From a virus: a stretch of DNA of 64,000 nucleotides. The stretch covers positions 32,001 to 96,000 of the IMG/VR virus record IMGVR_UViG_3300042868_010462; one strand, given 5' to 3'. Below the pieces are notes generated by a model. It did no database searches and had not been told where the DNA came from. It saw nothing but the letters and a program-made list of their open reading frames with translations. The translations under genes were made by a program, and so were the position numbers. Of the stretch, positions 10,922 through 20,856 are shown one piece after another. Position 1 is the stretch's first letter. The number at the start of each line of letters is the position of its first letter.

Positions 10922-12837
10922 TGTCATTAGACCTCAGTTTTGATTATGAATCAGCCAAGAAAAAAATTGCGGCTACGAGTGCTTATAAAGATTTAAAAGA
11001 AAAATTTGATAAAGCACAAGAAAAATCTGGTGATTCACAAGAGAAAGCTTTGGACGCAATCCAAAGTAAATTAGACCAAGTAAAAGAACAAACTAAAAGA
11101 TATCAAAAAGATATAAAAAATCAATTTGAGCAACTTTTAGATTTGAATAACGTGACTGGTGGTAAAGGTTCTAATACAATTTCTTATATCAAACGTCTCT
11201 TAATCCAAACGCTTAAAAATATTGAACCAAGAATTGCTGAAATAATAAATGAAGAAGCGATTACGGCAATAGGTTGTGACCAACAACAAACTTTTTCATC
11301 AAACCAAGGTGGTGCACCACTTTATATTAAAGTAAGTTCAATTGACTTAGGTGGATTATTAAAAAAGAATCCTACTGAAGGTGCTGGTAAAGTACTATAT
11401 GAAAAATTACAAATAGACATTCAAAAGGCACCATTCTCTATGAATAGAGAACTATATCAAAGGATTCAAAGTGGTTCACCATATAGTTCAGACAATGGTT
11501 CATATTATTTAGGTAAATCAGGACAACCCCTTTTTGATATCCAATTTGTTGACCAAACAATTTATGGACAAACTGGTGGTTTTTATGCTATCACGTTAGC
11601 CAATCGAGTTAATGGTGTTAATAAAGTTGGGGACTTTTTATTAGATTATTTTGGTACTATAAAAATGTTTGATTTTGAAACAGTTTTACCCGCAATATTA
11701 GAATCATTGTGTGGGGCTATATCAATTTCAGCAAACATTGGTTTCGCTCAAGCAGAAAACGCATCAAGATTTGAATTATTCATACAAAGAATTTTAGGTC
11801 TTTGTTTTGATAATGTTTCAGAAATTGATGTACAAGGTACTGCTAAATTGGCAGAACTAGATGGTATAGATGATTCATTTTTTGAACTTACAGAATTGGA
11901 TTTAAGGAAAATAGAACAAAAAATAGCAAACATACAAAAAGGTGTTGTTACATTTGTTGAGTGTAATAATGTTGATTTACCAGTAGATGCTGATTCTATA
12001 TTAAATGCTTTAGAAAATTTAAGATTTATACCTGATAGTGATTTGGTCGATGCCGCAGATAAAATAACACAAACCTTAACTGACAATCCCCAATGGCAAG
12101 GTTTAGTATTAACAGGTGATATCAAAGCTACAGTGGACTTCAACTTTGTAAAACTTATTGTTCAAGGTTTAATATTTTCAATATTAACTCCGAAAGTATT
12201 ATTACCAATATTCATTATCTTAAAAGCTTTAGGAAGAACTATCATTGACCAAATTAATAGTTGGAGGGATTTTATAACTCAATTCAGAAAATTTATAATA
12301 AATTTCATATCCAAAGTTGGGGCTATATTTGTTGAGGAACTTTTCAATTTAATCAAAAAAGATATTCTCAATTTATTACAAACTGTTATAAAAGATTTAG
12401 CTAAAGAAAAAGTAGATAAAAGATTAATAATGATTATTAAACTTGTACAATTACTTTTAGTAATAGCACAATTTATAAGGGATTTCAGGAAGTGTAAAAG
12501 TGTTATTGATGAAATTCTTTGGTTATTAAAAATAGCTTTATCAGGATGGGGTGGTGAAATCCCACTACCATTATTAGCAGTTTCTCAACTATTGGATGGG
12601 TACTCAGAAACAAGAGCATTCATTGGTGCAATTGAAGAATTACAAAGATTAGGAATTCCTACAGGTGATTTACCTGATGGAAGCCCAAATTTGGGTATAT
12701 TGAGTATATTAGGTCAAATGAAAGCTATGGCTAATGAAAATTCAGAAAATGGAAAAACACAAATATTTATTCCACCATTAGCAATTACACCAGCTGGAGT
12801 TACAACACCAGCAACAGGATTTGGAAAATCATATTAA
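10921..12837 (+). CDS. putative virion/baseplate protein
   Basis: 638 aa ORF directly upstream of the gp5-like gene. Confidence 0.55.
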   Translation: MSLDLSFDYESAKKKIAATSAYKDLKEKFDKAQEKSGDSQEKALDAIQSKLDQVKEQTKRYQKDIKNQFEQLLDLNNVTGGKGSNTISYIKRLLIQTLKNIEPRIAEIINEEAITAIGCDQQQTFSSNQGGAPLYIKVSSIDLGGLLKKNPTEGAGKVLYEKLQIDIQKAPFSMNRELYQRIQSGSPYSSDNGSYYLGKSGQPLFDIQFVDQTIYGQTGGFYAITLANRVNGVNKVGDFLLDYFGTIKMFDFETVLPAILESLCGAISISANIGFAQAENASRFELFIQRILGLCFDNVSEIDVQGTAKLAELDGIDDSFFELTELDLRKIEQKIANIQKGVVTFVECNNVDLPVDADSILNALENLRFIPDSDLVDAADKITQTLTDNPQWQGLVLTGDIKATVDFNFVKLIVQGLIFSILTPKVLLPIFIILKALGRTIIDQINSWRDFITQFRKFIINFISKVGAIFVEELFNLIKKDILNLLQTVIKDLAKEKVDKRLIMIIKLVQLLLVIAQFIRDFRKCKSVIDEILWLLKIALSGWGGEIPLPLLAVSQLLDGYSETRAFIGAIEELQRLGIPTGDLPDGSPNLGILSILGQMKAMANENSENGKTQIFIPPLAITPAGVTTPATGFGKSY

Positions 12838-12838
12838 T

Positions 12839-13051
12839 ATGGGAAAAAAACAAGATGCTGAAAAAGTTTTAAATATAGTTAAAGATTACAAATCACAATC
12901 AAACAAAGATTTGGTTTTTGCTATGGATTTTATGAAAGAAGATTTTGAACAAACGAAAGAAACTTTAATAAAATTAACTCATCATTTAGATAAGGTTGAA
13001 CTAACCTATAACACAATTTTGAAAGAGTACGAAAGTAGAGTCAAAAAATGA
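12839..13051 (+). CDS. hypothetical protein
   Basis: Small ORF; ATG at 12839 follows the upstream stop. Confidence 0.6.
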   Translation: MGKKQDAEKVLNIVKDYKSQSNKDLVFAMDFMKEDFEQTKETLIKLTHHLDKVELTYNTILKEYESRVKK

Positions 13052-14622
13052 ACATAAGTAATGAAAATATTCACCAGATAATTTTTCCTGGTATTGTTTT
13101 GGACAATAAAGACCCAATGATGTTGGGTAGGTTAAGGGTTATTCCCGAAACTGAAAATTATCAATCATTAATCAATTCAGTTCCCGATTGGAATGAGGAA
13201 AAAGACAAATGGACAAGAAAAGACCCTTTAGTTTTTTTACCATTATTACCCTTCTTTGTAAGTCAAACTCCCAAAATACAAGAGTATGTTCATATTTTTT
13301 ATCAAAACAAAAAATTTGATAAAGAAAATAGATTTTATATACAAGGACCATTCTCAACCCCACTTACAACTAAGTACGAATATTTCCAAGGGGCAAAAAC
13401 TTATTTGGCCGCAGGTGTTCAAAACAAGGAAAGTTTTCCATTAAGAAATCCACAAGATGGAAGTTATAAAGAAAATGTTAAAGGTATATTTCCTGAACCT
13501 GGTGATAACGGATTTTTAGGTAGGGGTTCAGCTGATTTAATTCTTAAGGAAAATGAAGTTTTGATTAGAGCTGGAAAATCATTAAACATTACAGCTCAGT
13601 CCTTACCTCAAGAAAATCAAAATAGAGCATTCATTCAATTAACCAATTTTACACAAGAAAAGGTTTTAGGTGAACCTGATACATCAACAACACTCAAAGA
13701 GGATGTACAACTTGTCAAAAAAATAATTATTTGGGATATTGAAAATCTTGAAAACCTATTTGATACATTCAATGGGTCAGTTTCAATTCATAATGTGATT
13801 CCATCTATCAAAACAAATACAAGAAACTTTAAAATAGATTCAATTAAAACTTTGAGTATGGGTACTGACTATGGTGCCGCTTTAGATACATTAACATTTT
13901 CAAACAAGAGTTATGATGATGCTGTATATTTAATTAATAAATTTATTGAGGGTACATTCAAAAGTGATATTGTTATAACAGGATATAGTTTTAATCAACA
14001 AAACTTTAAAGACCCATTTCCTTTTATTGTGACACCTTCAAAAATTACATATGAAACAGGTATTAAAATATCACCTAATACTTTAGCTAGTGACTTCAAA
14101 GAAGGAATTAATTATTTGAGATTCAAACAAGGAATAAAACTTGTTCAAGGTAATTTAAAGAGTGGATTCTTTTTGGTTTCAGGTAATAAAGCAGGTAGTC
14201 CTGTGATAGGTCCTCAAGCAACACCAGTTCAAGAAACAACACAACCATCAATCTATACGGATAGACCAATAAGTTATGGCGTTATGGGAGCGCAAAGGAT
14301 TTATTTATTATCACAAGATTCACCAAGTCCAAAAGGTAGAAAATTATCACTAAAAGATACAATCTATGGTATTCCTCAGGATAGATTTATTGGAAGTAAT
14401 GAAAACTCAATTGAGAATTTAACCTTCTCTGTTGTGAGAGGTGAAGAATTGATAAAATTATTAACCAAAATATACGCATTCCTTGAAGGTCATGTTCACC
14501 CATTCCCTGGTATGAAACCTGTACCAATCTCAACAAGAAGTGGGCAATCAATTACAGAAATAGGTCAATTATTAGCTGACGCATCAAATACAATTCTAAA
14601 TGGAAATATCCGAATTAATTGA
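13048..14622 (+). CDS. baseplate hub/spike, gp5/VgrG OB-fold-like
   Basis: GIVLDNKDPMMLGRLRV OB-fold start; C-terminal HVHP metal-binding tip. Confidence 0.7.
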   Translation: MNISNENIHQIIFPGIVLDNKDPMMLGRLRVIPETENYQSLINSVPDWNEEKDKWTRKDPLVFLPLLPFFVSQTPKIQEYVHIFYQNKKFDKENRFYIQGPFSTPLTTKYEYFQGAKTYLAAGVQNKESFPLRNPQDGSYKENVKGIFPEPGDNGFLGRGSADLILKENEVLIRAGKSLNITAQSLPQENQNRAFIQLTNFTQEKVLGEPDTSTTLKEDVQLVKKIIIWDIENLENLFDTFNGSVSIHNVIPSIKTNTRNFKIDSIKTLSMGTDYGAALDTLTFSNKSYDDAVYLINKFIEGTFKSDIVITGYSFNQQNFKDPFPFIVTPSKITYETGIKISPNTLASDFKEGINYLRFKQGIKLVQGNLKSGFFLVSGNKAGSPVIGPQATPVQETTQPSIYTDRPISYGVMGAQRIYLLSQDSPSPKGRKLSLKDTIYGIPQDRFIGSNENSIENLTFSVVRGEELIKLLTKIYAFLEGHVHPFPGMKPVPISTRSGQSITEIGQLLADASNTILNGNIRIN

Positions 14623-14642
14623 TATTTATTAATAAAAGATAA

Positions 14643-16109
14643 ATGTCAATTCATAATTCTTATTTCAGTAGAAATAATACAATAATTTCCAATAGTTACA
14701 CAAACACTGGAAGAAATCCTGTTACAGAACTATTTTTCGGAGCTACAGCTATATCACAATTTCCAAGTGGTTATAGTAGATTCATTTTTGATTTAGATTT
14801 GACTTTATTGAGACAAAAAATATCGAATGGTACAATTACTACTGGATGTACTAATAGTATGGTACATACCCTTAGAATGACCAATACCTCAAATTTCAAT
14901 AAAGAATTACTCAACACCACAACGTCACAGACTAGAATGAGAGCAACATCTTTTGATTTGTTCTTATTTAGAATACCTTATATAGACAATGACCCAGCTC
15001 AACCACAATATTGGGATGAGGGTGTTGGTTATGATTTCGCTGACTTGTTATATGAATTCAGTGATTTAGATAGAAACTTTTCAGAAAGACCATCAAATTG
15101 GATTCAAAGAACCACTATAAATGATTGGGAAACACCAGGTTTATATAATAATAGAAATTCAGGAGCAACACCTTATAGTGGTCTCACAATTGTAGCAACC
15201 CAACATTTTGAATTTGGAGATGAAAACATATCTTTTGATATGACAAACGAAATCAACAATATTCTTAATGGAGCAATTACTGGTGTGACAGGTTGGGGGA
15301 TTGCCTATTTACCTCAAGTTGAATTACTATCAGGATTAACAGATACTTATGAAGTTCAATTTTTCACAAGACATACTCAAACTTTCTACGAACCATTTTT
15401 AGAAACGAATTACAATGATATTATTCAAGATGATAGAAATAGTTTCACTTTGGGTAAAGTTAACAAGTTATATTTGTATCTATATGAAGATGGTAATCCA
15501 ATTAATTTAGATTCAAATCCTATAGTTTCAATCTTAGACAATTCAGGTAATGTTATTCCAAGTTTATCAGCTATCACTGGTTGTCAAAGAACACAAGGTG
15601 TTTACGAAGTTGTTATACCGCCACTTATTGGTTACAAAACTCCTTGTACATTCTCTGATAGATGGACAAATCTATTTTATAATGGATTCCCACTACCTAA
15701 CGTACTTAATGACTTTACACTCCAACCATTCAAAAACACATTTACAATTGGAACAAACTCAGTTGACCCCAAAATATATGGTTTTGATTATTATGGTATC
15801 AAACAAGATGAAAAAATATTTAATACAGACATTAGAAAGGTTGGGGTTATTATCAAACAAGCATATACCACAAACAGATTATTACCAAAAGTAAGTGCTT
15901 ACTATCGTGTATATGTCAGAGAGGGACAAACAGAAGTCCAAGTTCAAGATTGGACAGCAATTAACAGAACTCCAAATGAATACTACTTTATATTTGATAC
16001 CAGAGATAAAATACCAAATGAATACTTTATTGATATTAAAGTTGAAAGTAGTGGGGAGGTTAATACTTATAAAAGACAAATCAAGTTCCAAATTGTGAAC
16101 TATAAATAA
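14643..16109 (+). CDS. putative virion structural protein
   Basis: 488 aa, beta-rich; upstream TATTTATT motif. Confidence 0.55.
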   Translation: MSIHNSYFSRNNTIISNSYTNTGRNPVTELFFGATAISQFPSGYSRFIFDLDLTLLRQKISNGTITTGCTNSMVHTLRMTNTSNFNKELLNTTTSQTRMRATSFDLFLFRIPYIDNDPAQPQYWDEGVGYDFADLLYEFSDLDRNFSERPSNWIQRTTINDWETPGLYNNRNSGATPYSGLTIVATQHFEFGDENISFDMTNEINNILNGAITGVTGWGIAYLPQVELLSGLTDTYEVQFFTRHTQTFYEPFLETNYNDIIQDDRNSFTLGKVNKLYLYLYEDGNPINLDSNPIVSILDNSGNVIPSLSAITGCQRTQGVYEVVIPPLIGYKTPCTFSDRWTNLFYNGFPLPNVLNDFTLQPFKNTFTIGTNSVDPKIYGFDYYGIKQDEKIFNTDIRKVGVIIKQAYTTNRLLPKVSAYYRVYVREGQTEVQVQDWTAINRTPNEYYFIFDTRDKIPNEYFIDIKVESSGEVNTYKRQIKFQIVNYK

Positions 16110-16127
16110 TTATTATAACTAAAAAAT

Positions 16128-16769
16128 ATGGCAAATAGTATTCAGTGTCAGGATATATTAAGTACAGATTCAGTTTTTTTCAATGGATTAGCATTGGTAA
16201 ATGGTGATATAGTATCAGCGTGGAATGACCCAGACCCAAATTTAGCAACGAGGGTTTGTTTAACAATAACAGATGTTGATGACCCTATGGCATCAATTAC
16301 TGCAAATACAATATATAATTCTTGTTATGAATGTTTAGTTAATAATTATACGATTGTTCAATTAGAATCTTGTGATAGTGCAACCATTTTGTCTGTTGAC
16401 ATATCAGAATTTGGGGAAATTCCAACTATTGAGAGTGCTTATTTTATTAGAGCAACAGGTAGATATGATAGTTTTGTTGGTTGTTTCAAAGTCAGAACCT
16501 TTGGTCAAATTTCACTTGAGGATTATCTTCTTACTACTTTCTATACATTAGAGTTTCTTAGTACAGCGTCTTTTCCTGATTGTGACACTTGTTTATATGG
16601 TTTTTCAGCAGGTACGGAATCGGCTATTTGTAATGTGTGTTACGATGGAAGTGGATATACAACTACGACCGTTACAGCACCACACCCAACTTGGACAAAT
16701 GGTCAAGGACAAGCAGTAATACAACTAAATGCAGTAACATTAGGAGGACATAATGGTCTTAATAATTAA
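16128..16769 (+). CDS. Cys-rich hypothetical (putative virion) protein
   Basis: CxxC motifs; C-terminus shared with the next ORF. Confidence 0.6.
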   Translation: MANSIQCQDILSTDSVFFNGLALVNGDIVSAWNDPDPNLATRVCLTITDVDDPMASITANTIYNSCYECLVNNYTIVQLESCDSATILSVDISEFGEIPTIESAYFIRATGRYDSFVGCFKVRTFGQISLEDYLLTTFYTLEFLSTASFPDCDTCLYGFSAGTESAICNVCYDGSGYTTTTVTAPHPTWTNGQGQAVIQLNAVTLGGHNGLNN

Positions 16770-16794
16770 ACAACGATATTTATAAATAAAAAAT

Positions 16795-16980
16795 ATGCCT
16801 ACATATACTTACCCATTAAGTGCCACAAGTGCAAACACAGAATATTTACTTTGTGTTGAGTGTTCTGGTACTACTCGTACAGTCCAAACACCTCATCCAG
16901 TTTGGTCTGATGCCCAAAATAAACCTGTCATCCAAATGAACGCAGTTGTTTTGGGAGGACCTAATGGATTAAATAATTAA
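16795..16980 (+). CDS. small Cys-containing protein, paralogue of the C-terminus of 16128..16769
   Basis: CxxC..PHPxW...VIQxNAVxLGGxNGLNN; own TATTTATA motif. Confidence 0.7.
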   Translation: MPTYTYPLSATSANTEYLLCVECSGTTRTVQTPHPVWSDAQNKPVIQMNAVVLGGPNGLNN

Positions 16981-16986
16981 AAAAAT

Positions 16987-17451
16987 ATGAGAATTACAGA
17001 ATCACAACTTAACAACTTAGTTAAAAAAATAGTTAATGAAAAGGATTATGGACAAATCCAAAACTATATGTTCTTTTCAAACTTAGAACAAATGATAAGA
17101 CAAGCTCAATTATTATTAGAGTTAGACCCTATGGAAGTTGAAGCTATCCTAAAAGGTGGTCACGATTGGGCTGATGACCATATAACAGTAGCAAAAGAAA
17201 ATCTAAGTCAGGTATTTGATTTTATGATGAATGAAACTCAATATGATGACTATGAAGAAGACGAAGAAATGGTTATGATGGAAGGGAAAAAGAAAACTGG
17301 TACAAAACTATGTAGTCGAGGAAAAGCTGCAGCTAAATCCAAATTCAAAGTGTACCCCTCCGCTTATGCGAACGGTTTTGCCGTTCAAGTTTGTAAAGGT
17401 AAAATGAAAGGATTAGATGGAAAGAAACGTTGTTCCCCACCTTATTGTTAA
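16987..17451 (+). CDS. putative internal head protein
   Basis: N-terminal MRITESQL..LV..IVNE; basic C-terminal KVYPSAYANG domain. Confidence 0.6.
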   Translation: MRITESQLNNLVKKIVNEKDYGQIQNYMFFSNLEQMIRQAQLLLELDPMEVEAILKGGHDWADDHITVAKENLSQVFDFMMNETQYDDYEEDEEMVMMEGKKKTGTKLCSRGKAAAKSKFKVYPSAYANGFAVQVCKGKMKGLDGKKRCSPPYC

Positions 17452-17464
17452 ATTATAAATTATT

Positions 17465-17498
17465 AAAAAGGTAGAATTATTTTCTACCTTTTTTTTTG
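17465..17498 (+). terminator. intrinsic terminator
   Basis: aaaaggtagaa / ttctacctttt hairpin plus T-run. Confidence 0.75.
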
Positions 17499-17525
17499 TT
17501 TTATCAAAACCTATCCATATATTTG
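17495..17525 (+). promoter_or_regulatory. Bacteroidota-type sigma70 promoter (TTTG ... TAnnTTTG)
   Basis: TTTG at 17495-17498, TATATTTG at 17518-17525, 19-nt spacer, upstream of ORF 17552. Confidence 0.6.
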
Positions 17526-17551
17526 TACTCAATCAAAAAATAAACAATCAT

Positions 17552-17986
17552 ATGGAAAAGTTCATCAAACGAATCACAAAAAGAATCTATGTCAAATGGT
17601 TAACTTGGAATAGTAAAAGTGTAGCCAAAAAAGAAAAAATCTCAGAAACCCAAAAAATGTGTATGTCAATTGCTCGTTCACTTATTACACATCCCGAATC
17701 AAAATTCTTGTTAGCACCTTTAAGTGGAAAACGTTATATCAAAAATGCAGAATTAGATTTGTTTTGCATCTTAGACCACGGAACAATCAGTATCACAAAT
17801 CACGTGTACCACTATGATGTTGTTGTTGGTGATAGAAATTGGGAAAGATTATCAAAAATGTATGATGGAAAAGTGGAAACAATTAGACAAGAGTACGAAG
17901 ACCAAATAATGTCACAAATAGAACACTCATTAGAAAACATAATAAAAAAGGTTAAATCACTATCTGATTTAACCCCTTCTAAATAA
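17552..17986 (+). CDS. hypothetical protein
   Basis: ORF with its own promoter. Confidence 0.7.
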   Translation: MEKFIKRITKRIYVKWLTWNSKSVAKKEKISETQKMCMSIARSLITHPESKFLLAPLSGKRYIKNAELDLFCILDHGTISITNHVYHYDVVVGDRNWERLSKMYDGKVETIRQEYEDQIMSQIEHSLENIIKKVKSLSDLTPSK

Positions 17987-18925
17987 TTATTTTTTCTTTG
18001 GTTTGTATGATGTCATCGTAGGTTTGTTACCAGTACCTAACTTTGGGTCTTTCTTTTCAGCCCTACGTTTCTGAGCACAAGCTGCTTGTTTCTGAGATGC
18101 GCTCATTTTACCAGCAACACCAGCTGCTCTACATTTGGGATATCCTTTTGTATCAGCTTCACTTCTTCCACAAGGAGGATGTTTACCATCTACTTTTCTA
18201 CATATGTTAACCCAAGGTCCTTTAGGTTGTTTTGACCCCTTGGGTTTTTTCTTTGTTCCAAACCATACGGCCAAATCTTCAGTCAAAATTGGGGCTTCTT
18301 CATAACTCCATTCATTCATTGTGTGAACATTGTGGGTATCAATCTTGTAAGTATTGTCATTACCCTTTTCCCACATTCCAACTACACGTTTGATATTATC
18401 CTTGGTAGTTGATTTAATACTTTTGTTATTAACTTCAGTATCAACAAATTCTGTAAATGGGGCTAAAGATTCTTTTTTCCATTTTTTCATACCCAATTCT
18501 ATGGGTGCATTGTACTCACCACCATAACCTGAGGTTACCTCTTTAATTGTTTTGTTGAATGGTTGGTTAATTTCATTTTTTGATGGTCTTTTGATTTTGT
18601 GACCTGGAAATGGATTAATTACATCACCATCATCATCATTTCTTACAGGATTATTTTTTGCATATATTGATACCTTTTTTGCGATTGATTCTAATTTTTT
18701 TATTTCTTTTTTTGGTGTCTCCATTGACCCATCATAACTATCTGTTGCCAATTTCTGACTAAAATATTTGGATGCGGGTTCATTAAAAGGTGCAAGTTGT
18801 GATTTATCAAATATTCTTTTTCCTGGTCTCAATGGTACAACAAATGAACCACGAGCTCCACTTGAATCTGAAGTGGCTTCTTTTAAAATCTCTTGTTTTA
18901 ATTTCTTGACAATCTTATCTATCAT
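17987..18925 (-). CDS. putative internal head protein with conserved basic Cys-containing C-terminal domain
   Basis: Repeated I/L-x-E sites; EDLAVWF...WVNIC...PPCGRS...YPKCR. Confidence 0.6.
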   Translation of the reverse strand: MIDKIVKKLKQEILKEATSDSSGARGSFVVPLRPGKRIFDKSQLAPFNEPASKYFSQKLATDSYDGSMETPKKEIKKLESIAKKVSIYAKNNPVRNDDDGDVINPFPGHKIKRPSKNEINQPFNKTIKEVTSGYGGEYNAPIELGMKKWKKESLAPFTEFVDTEVNNKSIKSTTKDNIKRVVGMWEKGNDNTYKIDTHNVHTMNEWSYEEAPILTEDLAVWFGTKKKPKGSKQPKGPWVNICRKVDGKHPPCGRSEADTKGYPKCRAAGVAGKMSASQKQAACAQKRRAEKKDPKLGTGNKPTMTSYKPKKK

Positions 18926-18940
18926 TTGTATATTATTTTT

Positions 18941-19165
18941 ATGGAAGAAAAAGAATTATTCGGTAAATTATTTAATAGTGTTCCTTTATTAACTGATGAC
19001 CACTTACAAACATTACTCGATGTAATGGATAGAGAACAAGCAATCTTTATGTTAGTACAAGCTGTAAAATACGCATATATGTCAGGTGTATATTCAATTG
19101 GTGAAGTTGAAGTAATTTCAAAATCTATTAGAATACTCTCCAGTAAAGAAACTAAGGATTCTTAG
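18941..19165 (+). CDS. hypothetical protein
   Basis: ATG at 18941 (MEEKELFG...). Confidence 0.55.
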   Translation: MEEKELFGKLFNSVPLLTDDHLQTLLDVMDREQAIFMLVQAVKYAYMSGVYSIGEVEVISKSIRILSSKETKDS

Positions 19166-19562
19166 AATCTATAGCATCTGAAGCATTTTCCTCAGGTTTA
19201 CCTTGAACTGTTGAAGTTGCGACCCCAGTCACTTTACCACCATCAGTAGTTAATGCCCCAACTTTCATTTGTGACATTTCTATTGGTTTAATTTGTCCAA
19301 AGTCACTTGGTAAATCTGTTTTAGTTGTCTCAGTAGAACTTGTCGTTATAGTAGGTGTTGTTGTCACTTTATCAGGTTGTCCTAACTTAGTTTTAATTGC
19401 GGCTAAGGTTTGTGGCCCGAACTGATTATCATCTTTTAACCCCAAAAGTTTTTGAATATCTGCGATAGATTTATTTTCTGTTGTTTGTTCAGCCAAAATA
19501 TTTTTGTTATGTAAACTTAATATTCTTAATTTATCATTTTTATCAATTCTTATTTGTTTCAT
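19152..19562 (-). CDS. putative head protein with peptidoglycan-binding-like motif
   Basis: IQKLLGLKDDNQFGPQTLAAI (DG.FG..T-like); N-terminal RILSLH...LAEQ. Confidence 0.55.
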   Translation of the reverse strand: MKQIRIDKNDKLRILSLHNKNILAEQTTENKSIADIQKLLGLKDDNQFGPQTLAAIKTKLGQPDKVTTTPTITTSSTETTKTDLPSDFGQIKPIEMSQMKVGALTTDGGKVTGVATSTVQGKPEENASDAIDSKNP

Positions 19563-19565
19563 ATT

Positions 19566-20048
19566 CTATTTCTTTGATAATATATCATAAAGTTTGTTTA
19601 TGTTTTCCTGACTTAAATCGGTACCACTCAAACCTGCAAGTTTTAAAACTTCAGGTATTTGTGGTTTTACACTATTTATGACTTTCCCCATTCCAATAAT
19701 ATTAGTTCCACTTGTTACTGGTGTAATCTGTATCTTTCCATCAGTACCACAATAATAAGTTGACATTTCTTTAGTTGTTTTATTCATCCTTCTACCATTC
19801 CCAAACCATAAAAAACCACTTCCATCATACATAACTGTATTATCCTTTCTTAAAATTGGTTTAACATTTTTAGATTGTACAACACACGGAAATTTTTCCC
19901 AACCTGTTGTAATAATACCTGTTCCTAAAGTTTTAAATAAGTCGGAAAAGATATTTTCAGTCAGATATTGTTTTTTGGTTCTGTTTTCGTGTAAATTCAA
20001 AATCCTTTCTCTTTCGGATTCATTCAAAAAATATAACTTCTTATTCAT
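19566..20048 (-). CDS. putative internal head protein
   Basis: LNESERERILNLH...YLTE N-terminal motif. Confidence 0.6.
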   Translation of the reverse strand: MNKKLYFLNESERERILNLHENRTKKQYLTENIFSDLFKTLGTGIITTGWEKFPCVVQSKNVKPILRKDNTVMYDGSGFLWFGNGRRMNKTTKEMSTYYCGTDGKIQITPVTSGTNIIGMGKVINSVKPQIPEVLKLAGLSGTDLSQENINKLYDILSKK

Positions 20049-20077
20049 AAAAATCTTTCTTTATAAATATCATTAAT

Positions 20078-20758
20078 CTATGAAAACTTGTTACCCTTTT
20101 TAATATTTTCTATTCCCCACATTGGTTGAAGATTTTCTAACGACCAACACTTCTTAAACTCATCATCTCCACTACTCTCAAATATAAACGATGATATTGG
20201 TTTAATATGGTCAATATGCCACTCACCATAGTTATCCCAATTCATCCCATCGTTAAATTGTTTTTGTAAATGTACAATAAGTTCCTCAGGTGAGTAACCC
20301 AAGATATCAAAGTAGTGTCCGTACTTCTGTAAATTGTTTTCTTTAAGTACTATGTATATTGCAGTTCTAAAGTTAGAGATGAGTTTATAAATTGGGTCAG
20401 TATGTCTTTTGTGTTTTTGATATTCTCGTTTTTTTTCTCGATGTTTATTAATATTATTTTCTCTCCATTCTTTATGATATGAATTTAATTTATCCCTATT
20501 ATTTTTTTGCCATTCTTTGTGATAAATCGTTTTCTTCTCTTTGTATTTTTCATAAGTTCTTTTATATGTGGCTTTTTTACCTCCTTTGAACTTTTTACCA
20601 GGGACACCAACTTTCACATTGTTTTCTTTTAATATACGTAATACAATATGTTTATTAATACCCAATCTTTCGGATATACTGGGACTACCCAACATTTCGT
20701 CATTGTATAACCTTATTATTTCGTTAACTATTTGTTTATCTAATTGTATCTTTTTCAT
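20078..20758 (-). CDS. free-standing HNH homing endonuclease
   Basis: WHIDHIKP...CWSLENLQPMW..ENIKK; N-terminal HTH-like segment. Confidence 0.85.
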   Translation of the reverse strand: MKKIQLDKQIVNEIIRLYNDEMLGSPSISERLGINKHIVLRILKENNVKVGVPGKKFKGGKKATYKRTYEKYKEKKTIYHKEWQKNNRDKLNSYHKEWRENNINKHREKKREYQKHKRHTDPIYKLISNFRTAIYIVLKENNLQKYGHYFDILGYSPEELIVHLQKQFNDGMNWDNYGEWHIDHIKPISSFIFESSGDDEFKKCWSLENLQPMWGIENIKKGNKFS

Positions 20759-20800
20759 ATAAGATAAATATAAACATAAAGTTGATTATTTCAATAATCA

Positions 20801-20834
20801 ATAAAAAAAAAAAGGGACAAAAACTTGTCCCTCT
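20801..20834 (-). terminator. intrinsic terminator after the MCP gene
   Basis: agggacaa / ttgtccct hairpin with A-run on + (U-tract on -). Confidence 0.75.
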
Positions 20835-20856
20835 CGTCAATATTAACTAAGATTGA

